Part shown: positions 26,787 through 35,645 of the stretch, piece after piece
Numbering within the stretch: the first letter of the stretch is position 1
How the letters are laid out: the number at the start of each line of letters is the position of its first letter
DNA from: Thermoleophilia bacterium
GTDB lineage: Bacteria; Actinomycetota; Thermoleophilia; Gaiellales; Gaiellaceae
Direction of reading: 5' to 3'
Assembly: GCA_040005095.1 (NCBI GenBank)
Contig: JBDTZN010000003.1
Coordinates: 12,089-76,088, forward strand
DNA: 64,000 nt
The notes under the pieces: generated by a model
What the model saw: only the letters and a program-made list of their open reading frames with translations
The model's database searches: none
Told to the model about the DNA's origin: nothing
Translations under genes and position numbers: made by a program

Positions 26787-28154
26787 ATGAGCAACGACCA
26801 TTTCGATCTGATCGCGATCGGGGGCGGCTCTGCTGCCCGCGACGGCGCACGCAAGGCGAAGGACGAGTTCGGCGCACGCGTGGCGCTGATCGAGAGCACT
26901 CGGTGGGGCGGCGACTGCCCGAACGTCGCTTGCCGCCCGACGAAGGCCTACCTCGTCGCCGCCGATCTCCTTCACGACATACAGACGCTGGCCGAGAAGG
27001 CTGGGATCGAGGTAGGCCCGGCCCGCGCCGACCTCGCCAAGGTGAAGGCGCGCAAGGACGCGCTCCGATCGACGCAACAGCAGTGGGTCGAGCGTTTGCA
27101 GGCCCAGGGCTTCGCGACCTACGACGGGGTCGCGAGCTTCGTGGACGCGCACACGCTACGCGTCGGCAAGAATGAGCTCACCTCCGAGCGGATCCTGATC
27201 GCTACGGGCTCTGAGACCGCGGTTCCACCGATCGAGGGACTCGCGGAGGTCGGCTTCGTCGACCATGTGACCGCGCTTGACCTCGAGGAAGCCCCCGAAT
27301 CGCTGCTCGTGCTGGGGGGCGGTCCGGTCGGGCTCGAGTTCGCGCAGATCTTCGCGCGGTTCGGCTCGCGCGTCACGCTGGTTCAGACCGCAGAGCGGAT
27401 CTCGCCGCGCTCGGACGCGGAGGCGGCGGCTGAGGTGGCGCGGGCACTCGAGGAGGACGGGATCGAGATCCTGACGTCGACGACCGCGACCCGGTTCGCT
27501 CGTGACGGAGACGAAATCGTGGCGACGCTCGATCCAGCCGGCCAGCGTCGGGTTGCGCTCGTGCTCGTCGCGACGGGGCGCAAGCCGGACCTCGACCAGC
27601 TCGAACTCGATCGCGCGGGTGTCGCCTACGAGCGGCGCGGCATCGTCGTGGACAAGCATTTGCGGACGAGCGCCCCCGGGATCTGGGCGGCCGGCGACGT
27701 GGCGACGCGGTACCAGTTCACCCCGATCGCCCAGTACGAGGCTCGCCTCGCGGTGCTCGACATGTTCACCGACGATGCGCCGGCCACCGACTACGCCGCG
27801 CTGCCGACCGCGATCTTCACCGACCCGGAGCTCGCAAGCGTCGGGCTGACCGAGGAGGCCGCGCGCGAGCAAGGTCTCGAGTTCGGGACGGCGACGCATC
27901 CGCTCGCGAGCGTGACCCGCGCTCAGTACTACGACGCCAAGCACGGCCTCTACAAGCTCGTCTTCGACTCGGGAAGCGGGAAGGTGCTCGGGATCCACGT
28001 TGTCTGCCGCGGTGCGAGCGACGTGGTACAGGGCCTCGCGCCGGCTTTGCGGCTGGGGGTGACCGTCGACGATCTCGCCCGCGCGCATCACACGTATCCA
28101 AGCTTCGGCGAGGGCGTGAAGGCGGCCGCAGAGCGCGCGCTCGCGTCGATGTAG
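26787..28154 (+). CDS. Class I pyridine nucleotide-disulfide oxidoreductase (dihydrolipoamide dehydrogenase / mycothione or mercuric reductase-like)
   Basis: It has the FAD motif DLIAIGGGSA, the redox pair GGDCPNVACRPTK, the NAD motif VLGGGPVGLEFA and the C-terminal HTYPSFGE dimerisation motif. Confidence 0.85.
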   Translation: MSNDHFDLIAIGGGSAARDGARKAKDEFGARVALIESTRWGGDCPNVACRPTKAYLVAADLLHDIQTLAEKAGIEVGPARADLAKVKARKDALRSTQQQWVERLQAQGFATYDGVASFVDAHTLRVGKNELTSERILIATGSETAVPPIEGLAEVGFVDHVTALDLEEAPESLLVLGGGPVGLEFAQIFARFGSRVTLVQTAERISPRSDAEAAAEVARALEEDGIEILTSTTATRFARDGDEIVATLDPAGQRRVALVLVATGRKPDLDQLELDRAGVAYERRGIVVDKHLRTSAPGIWAAGDVATRYQFTPIAQYEARLAVLDMFTDDAPATDYAALPTAIFTDPELASVGLTEEAAREQGLEFGTATHPLASVTRAQYYDAKHGLYKLVFDSGSGKVLGIHVVCRGASDVVQGLAPALRLGVTVDDLARAHHTYPSFGEGVKAAAERALASM

Positions 28155-28164
28155 GATCCGCGAT

Positions 28165-29307
28165 GTGCCCGACGTCCTGATCTTCGGCGACACCGACCGC
28201 TCCCCCGAGCTGCGTCACGAGGTGCCGCTGCTGATCGGCGACCCGTTCTTCTACGCGGAGCGCGACGGGAAGCAGACGATCGTGATCGGCGCGATGGAGT
28301 GGCCGCGGATCCGCGAGGTCGCTCCACAGATCGAGCTGCTGCCCCCAGAAGAGTTCGGCTCGGACGAGCTGGTCGCCGGTGGGATCGGCAGCCTCGACGA
28401 GTTGCAGATCGAAATTGCGCTGCGCGCTTGCCGGAAGCTCGGGATCGAGCGCGCGACCGTCCCGCACATGTTCCCGCTCGAGCTCGCGGACGTCCTGCGC
28501 GCCGGCGGCGTCGAGCTCAACCCCGATCGCGACTTCTTCGAGCAGCGCCGGCGCGTCAAGAACGAGTCCGAGCTCGCCGGGATCAGGCGCGCCCAGCAGG
28601 CGGCGAACGCCGGGATGGGCGCGGCGGCGGCGCTGTTGCGCTCGGCGAAGTCGAACGGCGGCGTGCTCGAGGTGGACGGCAAGCCCCTGACCGTCGAGCG
28701 GGTCAAGCGGGTGATCGGCGATGCGTTCGCCGACCACGACTGTGCCGCCGACGAGTTCATCGTCTCGCATGGTCCGCAGTCGGCAATCGGTCACCACATG
28801 GGCGAGGGCGTTATCCAGGCCAACGAGCCGATCGTGATCGACATCTGGCCGCAGGATCGCGAGTCCTCCTGCTTCGCCGACATGACGCGGACGTTCGTCG
28901 TCGGCGAGCCCTCGGACGAGGTGCGCGAGTGGCACCGCCTCTGTAAGGAGGCGCTCGACCGCTCCCACGCGCAGGTGCGCGCCGGCGCGAGCGGCCAGGC
29001 GATCAACAAGTCGGTCTGCGAGATCTTCCAGGCAGCGGGGTACAAGACCGCGCTGACGAAGGAGCCGGGAGAAGTGTTGCAGGACGGGTTTTTCCACGGC
29101 CTCGGTCATGGAGTCGGGCTCGAAGTGCACGAAGCCCCGATGCTGAGCCGACTCGGGACACCGCCGCTCGTTGCAGGCGATGTCGTCACGCTCGAGCCGG
29201 GCTTGTACCGCCGGGGCTACGGCGGGCTGCGCCTCGAGGACCTCGTCGTCGTCACCGAGGACGGGGGAGAGAACCTCACCGACTTCCCGTACGACCTGCA
29301 GCCGTAG
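28165..29307 (+). CDS. M24-family Xaa-Pro aminopeptidase
   Basis: Motifs VIDIWP, HGLGHGVGLEVHEAP, TLEPGLY and LEDLVVVT match the family. It has a GTG start. Confidence 0.85.
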   Translation: MPDVLIFGDTDRSPELRHEVPLLIGDPFFYAERDGKQTIVIGAMEWPRIREVAPQIELLPPEEFGSDELVAGGIGSLDELQIEIALRACRKLGIERATVPHMFPLELADVLRAGGVELNPDRDFFEQRRRVKNESELAGIRRAQQAANAGMGAAAALLRSAKSNGGVLEVDGKPLTVERVKRVIGDAFADHDCAADEFIVSHGPQSAIGHHMGEGVIQANEPIVIDIWPQDRESSCFADMTRTFVVGEPSDEVREWHRLCKEALDRSHAQVRAGASGQAINKSVCEIFQAAGYKTALTKEPGEVLQDGFFHGLGHGVGLEVHEAPMLSRLGTPPLVAGDVVTLEPGLYRRGYGGLRLEDLVVVTEDGGENLTDFPYDLQP

Positions 29308-29408
29308 CGTCCGCCGCATACCGCGGCGGGAGGAGCTAGAGTCCCTGAGCATTTTTCCGGCCCGGACGCCTGCCCCACATTGGGACAGACCTTCTCTAGG
29401 AGGTTGAT

Positions 29409-30083
29409 ATGGCGGTAGTGGAGGAACGGCCCGCGCTTTCCGTGGCGGACCCGGCCCCGTTGGGACTCGCAGCCTTCGCGCTGACGACGTTCCTACTCAG
29501 CGGTCACAACGCGACGTTCATTCCCGACCTGATCTGGATCGGGCCCGCGCTGTTCTACGGCGGTCTTGTCCAGCTGTTCGCGGGAATGTGGGAGTTCCGC
29601 AACCGAAACGTATTCGGCGCCACCGCGTTCTCGACCTACGGCGGCTTCTGGCTCGGGCTCGGAATCTTCGTCACCCTGCTCGTGCTGTCGAAGTCGTTCG
29701 CCGGGGCGCTCTCGGCCAACAAAGCGGACATCCCGAACGCACTGGCCTGGTTCCTGTTCGCGTTCGCGGTCTTCAATCTCTACATGCTGCTCTGGAGCCT
29801 CCGGGTGAGTATCGGCGTCTTTCTGGTCTTTCTGACGCTGCAGATCACCGAGATCCTGCTCGTGATCGGCTTCTTCTCCGAGGCGCACGGGCACGCGAAC
29901 AACGGATGGATTCACGCCGGCGGTTGGATGGGTGTCCTCACGGCGGCGGTCGCCTGGTACACATCGGCGGCCCTCGTCTCCGGAGGGATGAACGACGGCA
30001 AGCCGATCCTTCCTGTCGGTCGTCCCCTCTGGACCGGCACGAAGCTCGGCATGGAACGACCGGCCGCGGCGAGGGTGAGGTAG
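29409..30083 (+). CDS. GPR1/FUN34/YaaH-family acetate (succinate-acetate) channel
   Basis: ADPAPLGLAAFALTTFLLS...NVFGATAFSTYGGFWL is the family signature. RBS AGGAGG is present. The gene lies immediately upstream of acs. Confidence 0.9.
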   Translation: MAVVEERPALSVADPAPLGLAAFALTTFLLSGHNATFIPDLIWIGPALFYGGLVQLFAGMWEFRNRNVFGATAFSTYGGFWLGLGIFVTLLVLSKSFAGALSANKADIPNALAWFLFAFAVFNLYMLLWSLRVSIGVFLVFLTLQITEILLVIGFFSEAHGHANNGWIHAGGWMGVLTAAVAWYTSAALVSGGMNDGKPILPVGRPLWTGTKLGMERPAAARVR

Positions 30084-30087
30084 CCGG

Positions 30088-32052
30088 ATGGCGCAGTCGA
30101 CGCAGCAGACGATCGAGACCATCCTCCTCGAAGAGCGCCGTTACCCGCCTCCGGAGGACTTTGCGCGGCAGGCCAACGCGCAACCTGACATCTACGAGCG
30201 TGACTTCGACGAGCTCTGGGAGACCGAGGGACGCGAGCGTGTCAGCTGGTTCGAGCCGTTCACGAAGCTTTACGAGTGGGAGCCGCCGTACGCGAAGTGG
30301 TACCTGGGCGGAAAGCTCAACGTGTGCTTCAACTGCGTCGACCGGCACGTCGCGTCAGGCAAAGGCGACAAAGTCGCCTACTACTGGGAGGGCGAGCCTG
30401 AGGACGAGCGGCGAGAGATCTCCTTCGCCGAGCTGCAATCCGACGTCGTCCGCTTCGCGAACGCGCTGAAAAAGCTCGGCGTGAAGAAGGGGACGCCCGT
30501 CGGGATCTACATGGGCATGGTTCCCGAGCTCCCTGTGGCGATGCTCGCGTGCGCCCGACTCGGGGCGCCGCACACCGTTGTTTTCGGCGGTTTTTCGGCC
30601 GACTCGCTCTCCGGCCGGCTGAACGACATGGGCTGCGAGCTCCTGATCACACAGGACGAGGGCTGGCGCGCGGGCAAGCGCGTGCCGCTGAAGGACAACG
30701 CAGACGCGGCGCTCGACCTGGCGCCGGGTGTGAAGACATCGGTGGTCTTCCGCCGGACCGGCGGCGAGGTTGCCTTCCAGGAGGGCCGCGACCGCTGGTG
30801 GCACGACGTCGTCGACGGTGAGCCCGACGACGCCGAATCGTGCCCATGCGAGCCGATGGACGCGGAGGACCTGCTCTACCTCCTCTACACATCGGGCACC
30901 ACCGCCGCGCCGAAGGGGATCATCCACACGACCGCCGGCTACCTCGTCGGCGTCGCGACGACCCACCATTACATCTTCGACGTCAAGCCAGACTCGGTCT
31001 ACTGGTGCGCGGCCGACATCGGCTGGGTGACCGGACACAGTTACATCGTCTACGGCCCGCTGTGCAACGGTACGACCGGCATTATCTACGAGGGCGTCCC
31101 CAACTTCCCGGACAAGAATCGCTGGTGGCAGATCGTCGAGCGGTACAAGCCCGACATCCTCTACACCGCGCCGACGGCGATCCGGACGCACATGAAATGG
31201 GGGCCGGAGTACGCCGAGAGCCATGACCTCTCCTCGCTGCGACTGCTCGGGACGGTGGGCGAGCCGATCAATCCTGAGGCCTGGATGTGGTACCGCGAGC
31301 ACGTCGGCGGCGACCGCGCGCCGATCGTCGACACTTGGTGGCAGACCGAGACCGGGATGATCCTGATCACGCCGCTGCCTGGGGTGACGACGACCAAGCC
31401 AGGCTCGGCGACGAAGCCGTTCCCGGGCGTGGACGCGGCCGTCTACAGCGAAAGCGGCGAGGAGGTCGGCCCGGGCGGCGGCGGCTACCTCGTGCTCAAG
31501 CGGCCTTGGCCGGCGATGCTGCGCGGTATCCACAACGACGACGCGCGATACCGCGAGACCTACTGGTCAAAGTACGAGGACATCTACTTCGCGGGCGACG
31601 GCGCCCGGATCGACTCCGACGGTGATTTCTGGCTGCTCGGCCGCGTCGACGACGTGATGAACATCTCGGGGCACCGGATCTCGACGATCGAGGTCGAGAG
31701 CGCGCTCGTCGACCACCCCAAGGTCGCCGAGGCGGCGGTCGCCGCGCGGGCAGACGCGACAACGGGCCAGGCGATCGTCGCCTACGTGACGCTGAAGGGC
31801 GACGAGCAGGGATCCGTCGAGATGCTCGAGGAACTGCGGAACCACGTCGCCAAGGTGATCGGGCCGATCGCGAAGCCGGCGAACATCGTCTTCACGCCGG
31901 AGTTGCCCAAGACTCGAAGCGGCAAGATCATGCGGCGTCTGCTCCGCGACGTTGCAGAGAACCGGCCGCTCGGCGACACCACCACCCTCGCCGACCCCGC
32001 GGTCGTGGAGGAGATCAAGGAGCGCGCGGTCGGCGAGCCTACCGAGGAGTAG
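30088..32052 (+). CDS. acs: Acetyl-CoA synthetase
   Basis: A 654-aa product with YTSGTTAAPKG, WWQTETG and the canonical C-terminal PKTRSGKIMRRLLR. Confidence 0.97.
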   Translation: MAQSTQQTIETILLEERRYPPPEDFARQANAQPDIYERDFDELWETEGRERVSWFEPFTKLYEWEPPYAKWYLGGKLNVCFNCVDRHVASGKGDKVAYYWEGEPEDERREISFAELQSDVVRFANALKKLGVKKGTPVGIYMGMVPELPVAMLACARLGAPHTVVFGGFSADSLSGRLNDMGCELLITQDEGWRAGKRVPLKDNADAALDLAPGVKTSVVFRRTGGEVAFQEGRDRWWHDVVDGEPDDAESCPCEPMDAEDLLYLLYTSGTTAAPKGIIHTTAGYLVGVATTHHYIFDVKPDSVYWCAADIGWVTGHSYIVYGPLCNGTTGIIYEGVPNFPDKNRWWQIVERYKPDILYTAPTAIRTHMKWGPEYAESHDLSSLRLLGTVGEPINPEAWMWYREHVGGDRAPIVDTWWQTETGMILITPLPGVTTTKPGSATKPFPGVDAAVYSESGEEVGPGGGGYLVLKRPWPAMLRGIHNDDARYRETYWSKYEDIYFAGDGARIDSDGDFWLLGRVDDVMNISGHRISTIEVESALVDHPKVAEAAVAARADATTGQAIVAYVTLKGDEQGSVEMLEELRNHVAKVIGPIAKPANIVFTPELPKTRSGKIMRRLLRDVAENRPLGDTTTLADPAVVEEIKERAVGEPTEE

Positions 32053-32540
32053 ACGCCGCGGCGTCGAGCTTGCGCCGGATTCGCTGCGAGCAGGGGATGT
32101 CGGGATGGCCGCCGTCGTTCGGGCTGAAGTCGTTCGGCGAGGACGGAATTGACCTGACGTCGGTCAGGTTCAGGAAGCGGAAGCCGTGCCGCTCGAACAG
32201 CGTCGCAACTCGGCGCTGATAGTCGCGGTAGAGGCCGCGAGTCTCGCTCTCCGATCCGAGGCGCTGCACGAGCGTGGGTGAGAAGGGCGGCGCGAACCCG
32301 ACGACGTTCCAGCCGTACGAGCGCGCGGCGCCGAGCGCTTCGCAGGCCAGGCTGAGATCTTCGCGACGCGGCTCGTCCCAACGACGGCTCTTCGAACGGC
32401 GTGCGCTTGGCAAGGTCGAGCTTGTACGCAGCCCACGAGCGCGGGCGGAGCACGGCCCACGAGATCGAGCAGGGAGGATTCTGGGGGAGCGCCTGCGAGA
32501 GGAACCGCGAGTGGTACTGGTCGGCGAGCGGGAAGAGCAC
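32039..32540 (-). pseudogene. Frameshifted gene for a small hypothetical protein (possibly SGNH-hydrolase-related)
   Basis: The 5' part sits in one frame (from GTG 32540: LFPLADQYHSRFLSQALPQNPPCSISWAVLRPRSWAAYKLDLAKRTPFEEPS). The 3' part sits in another (WDEPRREDLSLACEALGAARSYGWNVVGFAPPFSP...NDGGHPD...). The switch lies at about 32380-32388. Outside those segments both frames become Arg-rich. Confidence 0.5.
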
Positions 32541-32581
32541 GGCCGGCCGAGTCCAAGCCGGGGCCGGGACGGTTCCTCGTA

Positions 32582-33844
32582 CTAGCCGAGCAGCTTCTCG
32601 AACCGGTCGGCGTCGTCGAACGGCCCGATCAGCGCCAGCCGAAGCCGCTTGGAGTCGATCAGGTCCCCGGCCACACGCTGCACGTCGTCTCCCGTCACCT
32701 TGTCCAGCTCGGCGAGCACCTCCGCGGGGTCGACGGTCTGACGTTCGAGCACTTCCTTCCGCAGGCCGTACATGATCAGTCCGTGCGGGTTCTCCAGCTG
32801 GAGGACGAACCGGCCTTTGGCGAAGTTGCGCGCCTTCTCGAGCTCGTCGGCGGGTACTGCCTCCTCCGCGATCTTGCTGAGCTCGGCGGCGACGGTGGAG
32901 ACCGCGTCGTCGATCCGGTTGATGTCGACGCCTGCCTGCGCGTAGAGCGAGCCCGCGTCGGTGTAGCTGTGGTTCGTGCCGAAGACGTAGTAGGCAAGCC
33001 CGCGCCGCTCGCGTACCTCGGTGAAGAGGCGTGAGGACATCCCGCCACCGAGCACGGTCGCGAGCAGCTGGAGTGCGTAGCGGTCTGGATGCGTGATCGG
33101 ATAGCTCGGGACGCCGAGAGCGATGTGCGCCTGGTCGGACGGCTTGGTGTGGACGCGCACGCGCGAGCCGTTTCCGTTCACGGAGACCGGATCGGGCTCG
33201 CCGGTCTGGGCGGGCTCGAGATCCCCGAGGTGCCGCTCGATCGCCTCGGTCACGTCGCCTTCGATCTTGCCGCCGATTCCGACCACGAGCCGCTCGGGCT
33301 TGTACCAGCGGTCCATGTACTCGATGAACTCGTCCCGCGTCGCGCCGCGGACCGTCTCCTTGCGGCCAATGATGTCCCAGCCGAGCGGCTGGTCGCCGTA
33401 GAGGAGGTCCTCGTAGACGCCGCCGATGTAGTCGCGCGGCGTGTCGAAGTACATGTTCATCTCCTCGATGATCACGCCCTTCTCGCGGTCGATCTCTTCG
33501 GCCTCGAACTTGGAGTGGCGCAGCATGTCGACGAGCACGTCCATGGCCGTGTCGCGATGCTCGGCGGCGCAGCGGACGTAGTAGCCCGTGTACTCCTTGC
33601 CGGTGAACGCGTTGAACTCACCGCCGATCGCGTCGATCTCCCCGGCGATGTCGCGCGAGGTCGGGCGGTTCTCTGTCCCCTTGAAGAACATGTGCTCGGC
33701 GAAGTGCGCGATGCCGTTCGTCTCGCGAGTCTCGTAGCGCGACCCGGCTGCGTACATCAGCGCAACCGTCACGGACTGCGCCTGCGGCATCGGCGCGAGG
33801 ACGATGCGGACGCCGTTCTCCAGCGTGTGCTTCTCGTAGCTCAC
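32582..33844 (-). CDS. M16-family (pitrilysin-like) zinc peptidase
   Basis: GTG 33844 overlaps the thioesterase stop (GTGA). It has the inverted zinc motif HFAEHMFFKG and a length of about 420 aa. The N-terminal 144 aa of the track ORF is shadow. Confidence 0.9.
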   Translation of the reverse strand: MSYEKHTLENGVRIVLAPMPQAQSVTVALMYAAGSRYETRETNGIAHFAEHMFFKGTENRPTSRDIAGEIDAIGGEFNAFTGKEYTGYYVRCAAEHRDTAMDVLVDMLRHSKFEAEEIDREKGVIIEEMNMYFDTPRDYIGGVYEDLLYGDQPLGWDIIGRKETVRGATRDEFIEYMDRWYKPERLVVGIGGKIEGDVTEAIERHLGDLEPAQTGEPDPVSVNGNGSRVRVHTKPSDQAHIALGVPSYPITHPDRYALQLLATVLGGGMSSRLFTEVRERRGLAYYVFGTNHSYTDAGSLYAQAGVDINRIDDAVSTVAAELSKIAEEAVPADELEKARNFAKGRFVLQLENPHGLIMYGLRKEVLERQTVDPAEVLAELDKVTGDDVQRVAGDLIDSKRLRLALIGPFDDADRFEKLLG

Positions 33845-34233
33845 GCGGCCAGGCTTTCGCGCCAGGTTTCCGGGATCGCGATCGTCTCGTTCGCGTCGTA
33901 GTCGAAGCCGACCTGCACGCTCTTGGCGCTCGCGACGAGGCGCTCGCCCGACCGAATCTCGTACTCGAAGTCGAAGCTCTTCGTCCCGAAGCGCGCGGCG
34001 CGGACGCCGACCTCGAGCTCTTCGCCGACCCCGACCTGGCCGCGGAAGTCGATCTCGACGCGGGCGAGGATCATGCGGATATCCGCAATCGTGCGGATCA
34101 GTCCGAGCTTGCGGAGAAAGGCGTTCCGCGCGTCCTCGAGGTAGGTGGCGTAGACGGCGTTGTTCACGTGACCGAAGGCGTCGAGGTCGTTGAAGCGGAC
34201 CGTGTCGCGATAGACGAACGGGAATCCTTCCAT
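33841..34233 (-). CDS. Acyl-CoA thioesterase, 4HBT/YbgC hotdog family
   Basis: MEGFPFVYRDTVRFNDLDAFGHVNNAVYATYLEDAR matches the family. The start is taken as ATG 34233, residue 16 of the track ORF. Confidence 0.85.
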   Translation of the reverse strand: MEGFPFVYRDTVRFNDLDAFGHVNNAVYATYLEDARNAFLRKLGLIRTIADIRMILARVEIDFRGQVGVGEELEVGVRAARFGTKSFDFEYEIRSGERLVASAKSVQVGFDYDANETIAIPETWRESLAA

Positions 34234-34258
34234 GGGCGGCCATGGTATAGACGCGCCT

Positions 34259-35146
34259 ATGGCGAACGGAGAGCACACGCGGGCGGCGATCGCAGCCCAG
34301 CCCGAGTGGCTGCGGCAGGTGCCGGCCGACCGCCGGCTACCGGATGGGACGCATGTGATCTACACGGGGTGTGGGACGTCGTTCCACGCCGCGCAGACCG
34401 CCGGCGACGCTGTGCAGGCGCTCGAGCTCGTCCTGCGTCCGCGGCGCGATGCCGACGTGCTCGTTTGCGTCAGCCACGAGGGCGACACGCCGCTCACGCT
34501 CGAGGCTGCTCAGGCGTTCGACGGGCAGAAGTGGCTCGTGACCGGCAAGGCTGACTCGCCGCTCGGGGAGCTTTGCGACGAGGTTGTCGTCTGCACACCC
34601 GCGGTCGAGGTGAGCTGGTGCCACACGGCGAGCTACACGTGCGCCATCGCGGCTCTCGCCGCGCTGCGTGGCGAGGACATCTCGCGGCTCGCGGGCGCGG
34701 TGGAAGACGCGCTCGGCGCGCGGGAGCCCGTGCCGGAGCAAGAGCGGATCATGGTCGTAGGCGCCGGCCGCGACTGGCCGACGGCGCAGGAGGCGGTGCT
34801 GAAGATCCGGGAAGGCTCGCACCTCCCGGCTGCCGCCCACCAGACGGAGCAGCTGCTGCACGGCCATCTCGCCGCCGTGGACGAGCGCGTGCGCGCGTTC
34901 GTGCTCGAGTGCGAGGGGCGCGCCGCCGAGCGCGCGCACGAGGCGGTCGCCGCACTCGAGGTGCTCGGCTGCGAGACGACGCTCGTCCCGACGGTCCATC
35001 CCGTCGTGGACATCGTCCGCTTCCAGCTCCTCACCGTCGACCTGGCCGAGAAGCGCGGCGTCGATCCGGACGCGATCCATCGTGACGACCCGCTCTGGGC
35101 CACGGCGGCGCGCGCGCACGGGTCGACCGGGACGGGCCCGGAGTAA
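34259..35146 (+). CDS. SIS (sugar isomerase) domain protein
   Basis: VIYTGCGTSFHAAQ...VLVCVSHEGDT supports the call. The start is taken as ATG 34259 (MANGEHTRAAIAAQPEWL), preceded by TATAGA 8 nt upstream, so the transcript may be leaderless. Confidence 0.7.
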   Translation: MANGEHTRAAIAAQPEWLRQVPADRRLPDGTHVIYTGCGTSFHAAQTAGDAVQALELVLRPRRDADVLVCVSHEGDTPLTLEAAQAFDGQKWLVTGKADSPLGELCDEVVVCTPAVEVSWCHTASYTCAIAALAALRGEDISRLAGAVEDALGAREPVPEQERIMVVGAGRDWPTAQEAVLKIREGSHLPAAAHQTEQLLHGHLAAVDERVRAFVLECEGRAAERAHEAVAALEVLGCETTLVPTVHPVVDIVRFQLLTVDLAEKRGVDPDAIHRDDPLWATAARAHGSTGTGPE

Positions 35147-35153
35147 AGGCGTC

Positions 35154-35540
35154 GTGGCGCCGATCGTTCCGATCGCGGTCGATCTGCTCGTCGCCGTGTG
35201 CCTCCTGCTCGCCGTTCTCGTCGCTCAGCCGAGTTGGCGGCCGGCTCGTCTGCTGCCGGCATTTCCGCTCGTCTGCGTCGCGTTACTCGTGGCGTACGTC
35301 CTCGGTACGGACACGTATCGCGGCAACGGGATCACGCGTTGGGAGGCCTATCGAGATCCACACAACAATCTCGAGCTGATGTTCTACGCCACCGTCGCGT
35401 TGCTCACAGTGGCCGCAGGATTGATGACGCTCGCCCTCGTGCAGCAACACCGCGGGCTGCTGCGAGCCTCGGCGCTGGGAGCCGCCACCGTCGCGGTCCT
35501 GCTCGGGATCCCAACGATCGTGGGCTTCACCGCGAACTGA
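35154..35540 (+). CDS. Hypothetical integral membrane protein (about 4 TM helices)
   Basis: GTG 35154 follows AAAGG. The product has hydrophobic segments (VAPIVPIAVDLLVAVCLLLAVLVA...). Confidence 0.5.
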   Translation: MAPIVPIAVDLLVAVCLLLAVLVAQPSWRPARLLPAFPLVCVALLVAYVLGTDTYRGNGITRWEAYRDPHNNLELMFYATVALLTVAAGLMTLALVQQHRGLLRASALGAATVAVLLGIPTIVGFTAN

Positions 35541-35645
35541 CGCGGTCGGCGAGCCTGTTAGACGAACCGCACCGCCTGCCAGCCGTCGTCGATCGCGGCG
35601 CTCTTGTTGTCGACGAGGCCCGTGTCTAGTAGTCGCGCTCTGGGC

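Noticed and set aside
34231-34246. CCATGG-GCGG-CCATGG double NcoI-type palindrome at the thioesterase / SIS gene junction, considered as an operator
   Set aside because: It is explained by the overlapping or adjacent start-codon candidates on both strands (ATG 34232/34242 plus, ATG 34233 minus). Nothing else supports a regulatory site.
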